Of a stretch of DNA of 64,000 nucleotides, positions 10,441 to 21,442 are shown one piece after another. The position numbers were made by a program, and so were the translations under genes. Source of the stretch: Macrostomum hystrix (Eukaryota; Animalia; Platyhelminthes); the NCBI GenBank assembly GCA_950097015.1, contig CATNEN010000030.1:4402001-4466000 (forward strand), read 5' to 3'. Each line of letters starts with the position of its first letter. Position 1 is the first letter of the stretch. The notes below the pieces were generated by a model that saw only the letters and a list, made by a program, of their open reading frames with translations, made no database searches and was not told the DNA's origin.

Positions 10441-13400
10441 ACGGCGCTGGATGGGACATTGTTAGCAGCTAGCTAGTGTTAATGCTATTCGGGAGACAGT
10501 GACGAGACATCATTCTCATAAGTAAACCTAGGCTAGAACCCATTCTCGCTGTTCCCAATGGTCTAAGTTTAATAGACTTTAGGAAAGATTTTTTTCTTCT
10601 ACAGTTTTGCTGAAGTTCAGGGAAAATGATTCTGTGATCCCTACAAAGATATGAAGCTTTCCTACTTAAAAAATTGCCGATTTGGCTAGATTCTTTTAAG
10701 TTGACATAAAAATTTGGCTGAGTACAGTTAGAATAATCTTGAGACTTCTTTAGCCTATATAGATAGGCTATGCTAAAGACATAGTATATTGTCTTCTGAG
10801 CCTAGACTTTGTAGGTTTCTATCAGTTTTCAAGACAAATAAGTGATTGATTAGACTCCACACACATTTTAACTTATGGCTTGCAATAGTGGGCTGTGGGC
10901 ATGTGGGCTGTGGCTGACACGTTTAATAAATAAATACAAGGTATGTATACAAAATAGACAGCTTGTGAATGCCATTGGCAAATTACTATTTGTATCACTT
11001 ATACCATATAGAGTATATAAGCCAAGTGGTTGTGATATCTGACTCACTACTTAAAAGTCAGGTCCAGACATCACTAGTACAATTTGTGTCCCTTGGCAAA
11101 AACTGCATCTATTGAAGTAAAGTTTAAACCTATTTATTATTAACACACACTTTACCAAACCCAAAACCCATCAATCACAATTTCCTACTTAGTGTGGTAT
11201 TCCTATATATTAGGAGTACCCACTAAAGCACTGATGCCTATTGTAAAAAAATAATAAATAATAAATATGAGTAATCTTTACCCTTTGATTCTGTTGAATA
11301 TTAATCATATTTATTCTCTATTATCCCACAAACAAAATACCCAAGCACAAATTGCTTCTAAAATCTCTAATTTCACATGTCCCACTAAGTGTAGACATCC
11401 TGTGATACGGAGCAAATCCATAAAAAGTGGTTGTAGATTGAAAAACAATGAGGGTTTCTTTCTTTTAACTCAACATCCTTAAAACTGATTTGGACACAAA
11501 TTTATGAACTGACTAAAACAGTAACATGTTTAAAAAGCCTAGTAAACTCAGAGTTTAGCTATGAAATATATTTTATTATAGATCAATTTGTATAATAATA
11601 TAAATATCTTGAAAATACATTATATTTTTAGAAAGAAAACAAATATAATGGAGTTATTGTTAGTCAATCCAGTTATTTAATTTAATTTTTACATGCAAAA
11701 AGGAACAAAGTTAATTCATCATGTTTGTATAGAAAGTGGTGCATTTCAAAATTTGTTGAGTAACCAGGAGGGAAAGATCAGCCAATTTTTTATTTTAAAG
11801 ATTTGAACTAGGTTGACAAAGACTAATAATGATTAATTATTGTTACCAGAATTATTTTTTGCTTTTGTAACCCTCTAGTCTAATTACAAAATTAGCACAA
11901 AAACAATAGCTTTAGGCCAATCAGAGGAAATTTAAGTCCAATACATATATACTTTTTCCATCTTTTCATCTGCTGTCATCTTGTCGCTATTATATCGCTG
12001 AATATAAAAAACAACTGTAACAAAGTCACCTGCTATGGCTTTATTCATTACAAAATAAAATATCATAACGATAATATGCATATGCAATGCACAATTTCAT
12101 ATTGTTCAGGTGCTTTTATGTCCGCGTCACTTTAGTCTGCTCGACATCTAAACAAGATTTGACTCATTTTAAAGGCTCTTCTCACGGTCATCAAATCAAA
12201 TGCTGTGTTTACATGTTCTTCTTTTGTCGAGTAAAGTATTGTCAGAAAATATATAGGCCCTAAAATATTAATAAATCAACACCCATAGATGGTGTGTGCG
12301 TTTTATTCATAAAAATAATAATGTGTGCTAATTATTAATCTGCTGAATGAATTCCATTAGCCTACAAATTAGTCAACTCGTCTGTTGGCAGACGAGATGG
12401 CGGCAGGCGAAGAGACTGGAACCCCATGTACTCAAAAAGGGCAGCATGAGACAGACATTGATACTGATAGCTGAATTATGAAATCACAACGAGAATCCGA
12501 AATAAATGTGGCCACTGTAAGGTGAGGTGATACAATAAAGCAATTAGTTTTAGATAATAGCAAATGCTTCGCATTTATACGTATCCAGTACGGGATCGAT
12601 TGGAAAAACAACGAACTGGCAGCCCGGCCGACCCGAGAATAGCGCTTGCTAGATTGAGGATACTAAGTACTGATTTCACCGCCACTGGATTTCACCGATT
12701 TTTTAAATAAATTTTCAACAGCCAAAACTGTATAAAATCGATGGCGCAAGTTAATTTAGAGATGCGCCTAAATTTCTAGCACTGCGCGTTTCGTCGGGAC
12801 GGCAAAAGAGCGATTTTTTGTTTTATTATAGGCGGTGAATCGGCGGTGAATCAGATAAATGTAAATTATATTTTGCGCGTTATTGCGCATGAAAAGCGGT
12901 GTTATATTTTAAGTTTACATGCCTTTGCGCGATCCTTTTTGCATCTTAGAGTCGTTTTATATGCCTTTGGCTTCATGAAATAGCCTGTTGAAATATTACT
13001 TTTAAAACAAAGCTGGCGCGAATTCGAAATCAATACACATGCTGGAAGAAATTAGAAGTTGGCTATTCGTAGGCCTACGGTACCCACTCGTGTTACACTC
13101 TGTAAAGCCAATTCTGTGTTACAACACGAGCCTTCAAAGCGGTTCTCTGCGCGCAGCGGCGTAGCGATACGCGCAGCTTTAGCTTTCAAAGTCAATGCAA
13201 TGCTTTAATATGGGGCACAAATGTACGTGCTTAAATATAATATAATCAATGCTGTTAGATATCGTTTCAATGACTGACTCTTTTATAGAGTTACCAGGAT
13301 CAATACAATCGATTCGATACAGTGTCTTTACAATTTATTTGTATATTATTGTTTCCTATAGGCCTATTATTGCTAATTATAATTTGCTAGCTATTGAATG

Positions 13401-14099
13401 TTGGCCTACCTATGCCTAGCTAGATATGAATGGATGGCTATAGGCCTATAGCCATAGTTATAAACAGACCCCATGGCTCAGACCATAGTAGAAAGTTTAG
13501 CTAGCAAATATAGCTAGCTTCTAGCAAAAATCTAGCTAAAAAGCATGTTCTGCTAGACATTAGCTATTTAGAATGTTTTCCTAGCTAGGCTTGTTAAAGA
13601 ACAGGCACAGCCCCAAGCCTAAGCTAATAGTGTGATAGCTACTATTATGAGTACTATTATTAATATTTATTGCTAAACAGCAACACAAGTAAAATTTATA
13701 GTTTATTAGAAGCTGACATATTTAAATTTTATTATCATATTTATTTTTTAACCATGAAATAATAATTCAATAATTTATTAATTCTTATATGGCTTAGATA
13801 TATTCAAATATATATAGGCTCATAGACAGCTAGATTATTGCCAAAAAATATTTCTTAGGAATAATAACTAATGACAAATATGTTTGTTTCTATATATTAT
13901 ATAAATATATATACTTTTTTGTTTCTTTTCCATTCCTTTTCTCCTATTCATTGCTCCTGTTCCTCTGGCTCATTTACTACCCTTGCTACTCTTCATCCTG
14001 CTACCTGTTCCTTTATCAACTGCTCTACTACCCCCTGTTCCCCTATCAACTCCTCCTCCACCCACTGTTTCTCTACCAACTGCTTCTTTACCCCCCTGC

Positions 14100-14630
14100 T
14101 CCTCTACCCTACTCTTCTACACCTTGCTCCTCTACTGGCCCTGCCTCTCTACCCCTGCACCTCTACCCTACTCTTCTACACCTTGCTCCTCTACTGGCCC
14201 TGCCTCTCTACCCCTGCACCTCTACCCTACTCTTCTACACCTTGCTCCTCTACTGGCCCTGCCTCTCTACCCCTGCACCTCTACCCTACTCTTCTACACC
14301 TTGCTCCTCTACTGGCCCTGCCTCTCTACCCCTGCACCTCTACCCTACTCTTCTACACCTTGCTCCTCTACTGGCCCTGCCTCTCTACCCCTGCACCTCT
14401 ACCCTACTCTTCTACACCTTGCTCCTCTACTGGCCCTGCCTCTTTACCCCTGCACCTCTACCCTACTCTTCTACACCTTGCTCCTCTACTGGCCCTGCCT
14501 CTCTACCCCTGCACCTCTACCCTACTCTTCTACACCTTGCTCCTCTACTGGCCCTGCCTCTTTACCCCTGCACCTCTACCCTACTCTTCTACACCTTGCT
14601 CCTCTACTGGCCCTGCCTCTCTACCCCTGC
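14100..14630. repeat. 59-bp minisatellite in left arm (~9 copies; ~7 in right arm at ~32270-32690)
   Basis: One-base shift per 60-nt line gives a period of 59. Confidence 0.9.
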
Positions 14631-14764
14631 ACCTCTAACCCCTGCTCCTCTAACCCCTGCTCCTCTACCCCAGCACCTCAACCCCTGCTCCTCTAACCCC
14701 TGTTCCTCTACTGGCCCTTCTACTCTACCCATGCTCCTCTACCACAGCTCCTCTAACACTTTCT

Positions 14765-15700
14765 GTTCCTTGATAGTCCCCTCCCCCATCCTCCATGGCA
14801 TTCCTCCTGCCATCCTTGACAGTCCCCTCCCCATCCTCCATGGCATTCCTCATGCCATCCTTGACAGTCCCCTTCCCATCCTCCATGGCATTCCTTCCGC
14901 CATCCTTAATAGTCCCCTCTCCCATCCTCCTTGGCATTCCTTCCGCCATCCTTAATAGTCCCCTCCCCATCCTCCATGGCATTCCTCCTGCCATCCTTGA
15001 CAGTCCCCTCCCTTATCCTCCCTGGCCTTGACAGTCCCCTCTCCCATCCTCCTTGGCATTCCTTCCGCCATCCTTAATAGTCCCCTCCCCATCCTCCATG
15101 GCATTCCTCCTGCCATCCTTGACAGTCCCCTCCCCATCCTCCATGGCATTACTCCTGCCATCCTTGACAGTCCCCTCCCCATCCTCCATGGCATTCCTTC
15201 CGCCATCCTTAATAGTCCCCTCCCCATCCTCCATGGCATTCCTCCCGCCATCCTTGACAGTCCCCTCCCCATCCTCCATGGCATTCCTCATGCCATCCTT
15301 GACAGTCCCCTTCCCATCCTCCATGGCATTACTCCTGCCATCCTTGACAGTCCCCTCCCCATCCTCCATGGCATTCCTCCTGCCATCCTTGACAGTCCCC
15401 TCCCCATCCTCCATGGCATTCCTTCCGCCATCCTTGACAGTCCCCTCCCCATCCTCCATGGCATTCCTCCCGCCATCCTTGACAGTCCCCTCCCCATCCT
15501 CCATGGCATTCCTCATGCCATCCTTGACAGTCCCCTTCCCATCCTCCATGGCATTCCTTCCGCCATCCTTAATAGTCCCCTCCCCATCCTCCATGGCATT
15601 CCTCCTGCCATCCTTGACAGTCCCCTCCCTTATCCTCCCTGGCCTTGACAGTCCCCTCTCCTATCCTCCTTGGCATTCCTCCCGCCGTCCTTGATAGTCC
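14765..15700. repeat. 45-bp minisatellite in left arm (~21 copies; ~16 in right arm at ~31430-32135)
   Basis: 15-aa periodic ORFs (MEDGEGTVKDGGRNA). Confidence 0.9.
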
Positions 15701-16369
15701 CCTCCCTCTTCCCAGCACCTCTTTCATTCCCCCTGCTTTTGAAAAATTGGCTGTTTTGTCTAAATTAAAAAATAAAAAGGTACAACATCCTATTACCTAT
15801 GTTTCCTTTCAGGAACATGTGGCTCTCGCTGGAAGTTTCTATAAGCACATCCTGTTCGACTTGTCCTGAGTCAATTTTCGGTGCACATTCGAGATGCACA
15901 TTTTCGGAGCCCTTGATCCTGTGCTCTGACGGATATTTCAGAGCTATGACTGCTCAGACTACAAAAGTACAGCCAGGGTTGACGTTGACTGTCAGTTTTT
16001 TTTATTATAATATTTCGCTAGTCAGCGCGTAAGGCTGATAATTACATATCTTGAGAAACACTCTTGTCATTCGACAGTATTTTCGCTATTTTACACTGAG
16101 TACACCAAACCTTAAGCATTTCGCAGTTTGATGCCCTATTTTTATGATAAATATACTAGCTATTTGAAAGCCATTAAACGATGCGCATACTTATATTATT
16201 CTCCTGTAAGGCGTACGTTTCAAACAATTTCTACAACAAATTCTCATCTTTCAGTGTTAGCAGCTGTACTCTTCAGCGGTTCAGTTGCCTGTCAAATTGT
16301 TTGGTTCTTTTATGGTTTCTGAACTATCTTCATGGCAAGATCCCAAACAGAATCCTCGCAACTGATCCC

Positions 16370-17100
16370 CATCGAGATGGGTTGCCACACATTCATCAGC
16401 GACCGGGTCCTGATCCCCATCATGCAGGGTTGCCACACATCCATCAGCGACCGGGTCCTGATCCCCATCATGCAGGGTTGCCACACATCCATCAGCGACC
16501 GGGTCCTGATCTCCATCATGCAGGGTTGCCACACATCCATCAGCGACCGGGTCCTGATCTCCATCATGCAGGGTTGCCACACATCCATCAGCGACTGGGT
16601 CCTGATCCCCATCATGCAGGGTTGCCACACATCCATCAGCGACCGGGTCCTGATCTCCATCATGCAGGGTTGCCACACATCCATCAGCGACCGGGTCCTG
16701 ATCCCCATCATGCAGGGTTGCCACACATCCATCAGCGACCGGGTCCTGATCTCCATCATGCAGGGTTGCCACACATCCATCAGCGACCGGGTCCTGATCT
16801 CCATCATGCAGGGTTGCCACACATCCATCAGCGACCGGGTCCTGATCCCCATCATGCAGGGTTGCCACACATCCATCAGCGACCGGGTCCTGATCCCCAT
16901 CATGCAGGGTTGCCACACATCCATCAGCGACCGGGTCCTGATCCCCATCATGCAGGGTTGCCACACATCCATCAGCGACCGGGTCCTGATCTCCATCATG
17001 CAGGGTTGCCACACATCCATCAGCGACCGGGTCCTGATCCCCATCATGCAGGGTTGCCACACATCCATCAGCGACCTGGTCCTGATCCCCATAGTGCAGG
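16370..17100. repeat. 48-bp minisatellite in left arm (~15 copies; ~6 in right arm at ~30462-30770)
   Basis: 16-aa periodic ORFs (IMQGCHTSISDRVLIP). Confidence 0.9.
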
Positions 17101-17720
17101 AGGGTCACAAAGACTATAGCTATACTTATTGCAATTTAATTTTTAGGTATGTGTGAATAAAATAACAAAAATAACAATTAATAATTGCTGCCTTTTGTAC
17201 AAGCCAAAACTGCTGACATGTGTATGAACTATTTTACATGCATGATACTTTAATCAGCGACTAATACACCTATAAATCAAACGCTCGTAATACGAGCTAG
17301 TATCGATATTTGGGCCAAAAATTGTAGCATCGTTTCATCCCTATATAGGGACACCGACGACAGCAATATACTACTAACAGTAGTCAGAGTCGATAAAATT
17401 ACTAAAAAGTAAGAAAATGGTCATAACTTTTTTTCTTCCAATGATACTGAGCTCGGACCGCCTAGAATGAGTTTCCCGTCCGAAAATAGTTTAGAAAACA
17501 CAGTACCTAATAGTATGGAAGCAGTCGGCTAGGTACGAGTACTTGAAATGTTTTCGCATGTATTTCGTCTAATCTTCATTTACGAATACATAAATGCATC
17601 GGGTCTACATATGACAAACTGTATCGGAAATGCGTCGGGTAATTGACCCTCAAAGTGGAAACTCATACAAATAAGGTTTTAGATGATATTACCTGTAGAC
17701 TAAGTAAATGGATGAATAAC

Positions 17721-17784
17721 TATAGGGATGAAACGATCCTAAAATTTTTGGCCGAAATATCGATACTATTACGAGCGTTTGATT
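17721..17784 (-). repeat. Inner stub of the right foldback arm, cut off by the LINE insertion
   Basis: Reverse complement of 17275-17345 with 3 substitutions and a 7-bp indel; ends in the LINE TSD GAGCGTTTGATT (17773-17784). Confidence 0.9.
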
Positions 17785-17917
17785 GCTCGCACCGGCGGGA
17801 CACAACGCCTGTGAGTTATGAGTCAGTCCAGGCCCACGGGCTAAGGTCTGCGATGCCTCACACCTGCATGAGTCGCTTTTTGAGCAGGCTTGGCAGGAAG
17901 GAGCCCTGTGCCTTCGG

Positions 17918-18760
17918 GTGCCGACCGAAGCTGCCGGGGCGGGAGGCCTCCGGCCCACCTATCCGGCCCCTGAGGAAGGCAGGGCGCCTGAAGCCAAGGA
18001 GGGGGTTCCCCTGCCGGTTTATCGCACTGCATTGGACCCTCAGCCCGGTATCAGTGTAGCCAAGCCAGCCGGGGCGGCGGGCGCGGAAGGCCCTAGGCCT
18101 GCCTGCCCTGCCGCCCTGGAGGGTGGGGCCTCTGCCACCGCGGCTGGGGGGAGTCGTAACAACCGGCCCACCTTCGCCGCCGTCGCAAAGAGACAGCCGG
18201 CGATCGTCTTGCTCGGCAGAGACGCACGTCTGACTGCCGACCAGCTGAAGCAGGCGAGCCGCGTCATCGACGGGCTCCTGTGGAAGCAAACCCTGAAGGG
18301 CACGCCCCTGGCCATAAAGACCCACGCCACGCGGGACTCGGGCCTGCTCATCTGGCCCAGCGATGCCGAGTCAGGCCGGCGCCTCCTGGAGATGCTGCCT
18401 GGGCAGAACTGGGAAGCCAATATGGCCTTCCACCGAGAGGACGAGCCACCCCAGATGAAGAGGCACCGCATCTTAGTTCCGGCGGCCAGCGTCGTTACCT
18501 CCTCGGAAGAGTTGCCGAATGGACTGCTTGCAGTCAACCGCGACCTGCCTGCCGCGGGCCTAGGGTGCACGACACCATTCAGCATCCCGAGGGTCGGGGC
18601 TTCACCGCCATTCTTGGCCTGTCGGACGTCTGGATGCGCAAGTACCCAGACGACACAGATCGCCATCGGCCTCCTAAAGCTGCGCATCAGAGCTTTTGTG
18701 GCAGACAAGCGCCGAAAGCGGGCGCGAACCCAACTGAGGCAGCAGCCGAAGGAGCTTCAG
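17918..18760 (+). pseudogene. Probable ORF1 of LINE A (frameshifted; fused in this frame to the APE N-terminus)
   Basis: Position upstream of APE; TFAAVAKRQPAIVLL segment recalls the DUF4780-like ORF1 of Loa/Lian elements (from memory, unverified). Confidence 0.5.
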
Positions 18761-20236
18761 CCCCTAAGGCAGCAAAGCTCTCAGATAGGGGACACAAAGC
18801 CCAGCATAGCCGCGCTGGTAAGGCAGATCGCGCTGTTGAGGGGGGCTCTGATCGCCACCCAGCGCGCTCCACTAAGCGGAAAGGCCTCCTGCAGAGGGCC
18901 GCAGAGGCAGTCCAGTCTGCCAAGCTGACCCACCTAATGAGGGAGGTCTCCGGCCAGTCAAGGCGAGTTGCCCAGCCTAGGGCGACTGGCGGCGCCACCG
19001 GTGGGCCCAGCTCCAAAGGTAAAGCCCCAAAACGTGCCCTCTGGGTACAACTGCTTCTGCGTTAGCCCCCGCGAGGCGAACCGGCCACCTAGAGCCTGTA
19101 TCTTCGGGGCCAAAACCCTCGGTGCTTGGCTCAGATCCGACCTGTCTAACGGGGATATCTGCGTCATTCAATCTGAGGATCTGCTGCCTGGGAAGACCAC
19201 CCTCGTTGCCTCGGTTTACCTACCAGGTGACGCAGCGGTCGTCCCCCGGACGCTCCCGGAAGTCTGCTCTGCCAGGAACTACGAGCTCATGGTCGCCGGC
19301 GATATCAACACCCACCATACCCACTGGGGCAGCACAGGGATAAACCAGAGAGGCGAAGACCTCCTGTCCTATGTTGCCTCTACGACCCTTGAGTTCTGCA
19401 ACTCCGGGTCTACACCTACCTTCGACAATGGTCGCTGGTCAGAGGTGATTGACGCCACACTCGCATCACCCAAGCTCTTTCAGAGTATTGGGGAGTGGCG
19501 CGTGCTCCCGGTGCCATCCCTCTCTGACCATAAGTTAATTCACTTTCGTGTGGCGAGCGCTCGCAGCCTTAACCACATCACGTGGAGACGGAACGCCAGA
19601 AATACTGATTGGGAAGCCTTCAGGCATGCCCTGGAGGCAACCCATCGGTCTTCGGGCCAACCACCCACTATTTCGATGTGCCGAGAAGCGGACGAGTGCG
19701 CGACTGTTTTAACAGAAACGCTAACCGCCGCCTTCGAGGCAGCCTGTCCCCTAAAGGCCTACAAAGGCAAGACATCTGCGCCGTGCTGGAATCCTGAGCT
19801 CGGCGACCTCCCTCGCAGAGCGAAGAAATTACACCGCAGAGCAAACAAAACCAGGAGCCCTGCAGAGCAGACCGCCTACCTTGAAGCCATCCATGAGTTC
19901 AAGAGGGAGATCAGGAATGCCAAGGCCCAGAAGTGACGTCAATACTGCGAGGAGCTAGAAGGCTCACGCCCACCTCCAGGATTGTCAAAGCACTTACGTT
20001 GGACAAAATTGTCATGCCGTAGTCTAATAGCACTCACGTATCGCTTTGCCGGTCAATCTAATATGTACATGCATCACTAACTCTCGCTCACTATGTACAT
20101 GCCCCCCACGCGCACGTTGATCGTATCGGTTGCACGTTGAGGCAAATATATAAATACTGTCTCGCCCTACTTGGAGGGCTCACCTTTTTCTTCGCACCTC
20201 ACGCAGCTTGACTCTTGAGCCATTACATTGGCGTCC

Positions 20237-21442
20237 ATGGCCTTCCTACAACTGCCCCCACCAGCCCACTTTAGCATCAGAGACGACCCTCACTCTGTAA
20301 GCAAGCGCTGGCAGGAGTGGTCGACAAACCTTCTGCGGTACCTGGCGGCAACCGGCATCAAAGATGAGACGCAGAAACGCCAGATCCTTCTGTATACGGC
20401 AGGCAAAGAAGTGAGCGACCTGTACAACGAGATCGCCACCCAGTCGCAGCAACAAGAAGGCGAGCCCGCAGCCGAGCCCACGGTCGACCAGCTGATCGCA
20501 CAGTTCAGCACGCACTTCCAAGGCCGCGATAACGTCGTCTTCATTCGATACCAGTTTCGCCACTGTCTCCAGGAAGAAGGCGAATCCATAGACGCTTGGC
20601 ACAGCAGACTGTGGAGCGCCTCGGAAGCCTGCAAGTTCGAGGGTCTCCGCCAGTCGCTCATCAGGGACCAAATCGTGGCCAGCTGTCGCAGCGAGTCACT
20701 GAGGAAGCGCCTGCTGAATATCCCCAACATCAGCCTGTCGGACACTCTCCAGCTGGCCAGGACGCACGAGGCAGCAGAGAAGCAGGCGGCCATCATGACC
20801 AGGACAGCGGCAGCCTCTGAGGAAGTGGCGCAACTGCGCCGCCAGCGCCACCCGCTCCCGGAACCTTCGCGTGAGTCGCAGCAATTTGCTAAGTGCATCC
20901 GGTGCGGCGAGCTGGGCCACAAGAGCTGCAGCAGGGCGCAAGGCAAGCGATGCAGCAGCTGCGGCAAGGCCAACCATCTGGCCAAGGCCTGCCTCAGCAG
21001 CCGCTCGAAGATTAACTCACTGCAGCCCGAGCAGGACCAGTCAGCCGACCAACCACCTAACGAGGTGTTCTGCACGCTCAGCGGCAAGGACGACAGCGCC
21101 AAGTTCGTCATCAGAATCAACGGCAGTCCGGTCCGCACACTGATCGACAGCGGAGCGAGCTGCAACGTGTTGGACATGGCGACGTTCCACAGAATCTGCC
21201 GGCCCGGCACGCCGCTTTCACCGTCCAGCACCACAGTCTTTGCGCTTGGTGCCAGCGAGCCACTGAAGACAGCCGGCCAAACAACGCTCACTGTCAGAGC
21301 GAACCACCGCGAATTGCAGGCCAATTTCATCGTCATCAGCAGCAACTGCACACCGATTCTCGGAAGATCGTCCAGCACAAAGCTCGGCATGCTGAGAGTC
21401 GGACCTGAAGTCAGCACGAACTCTGCGGTGGTGGCCAGCTAA
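20237..21442 (+). CDS. gag: Gypsy gag-protease
   Basis: Zinc knuckles CIRCGELGH and CSSCGKANHLAKAC; aspartic protease LIDSGASCNV; ATG at 20237. Confidence 0.9.
   Translation: MAFLQLPPPAHFSIRDDPHSVSKRWQEWSTNLLRYLAATGIKDETQKRQILLYTAGKEVSDLYNEIATQSQQQEGEPAAEPTVDQLIAQFSTHFQGRDNVVFIRYQFRHCLQEEGESIDAWHSRLWSASEACKFEGLRQSLIRDQIVASCRSESLRKRLLNIPNISLSDTLQLARTHEAAEKQAAIMTRTAAASEEVAQLRRQRHPLPEPSRESQQFAKCIRCGELGHKSCSRAQGKRCSSCGKANHLAKACLSSRSKINSLQPEQDQSADQPPNEVFCTLSGKDDSAKFVIRINGSPVRTLIDSGASCNVLDMATFHRICRPGTPLSPSSTTVFALGASEPLKTAGQTTLTVRANHRELQANFIVISSNCTPILGRSSSTKLGMLRVGPEVSTNSAVVAS

Larger units (their letters stand above)
12662..17345 (+). repeat. Left inverted arm of foldback (4684 bp)
   Basis: Reverse complement of 17721-17784 plus 30288-34124; mirrored ORFs in the track (e.g. 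15799..16032+ = 31098..31331-). Confidence 0.95.

Noticed and set aside
11020-11110. Possible degenerate SINE (tRNA-like start, GTGTCCCTTGGCAA)
   Set aside because: Too decayed; no second copy in the window
12100-12660. EF-hand-like (AFDLM) and exon-like fragments left of the foldback; possible gene disrupted by the insertion
   Set aside because: In-frame stops and incompatible splice phases; the frame across the reconstructed empty site is short and unrecognisable
15800-16000. Possible captured host exon in the arms (Pack-MULE-like)
   Set aside because: ~50 open codons with a donor-like end, but no compatible acceptor or recognisable homology
13871-17156. 200-330-aa ORFs in the foldback arms (mirrored at 30406-32915)
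   Set aside because: Open in multiple frames on both strands because they derive from the 59-, 45- and 48-bp repeats
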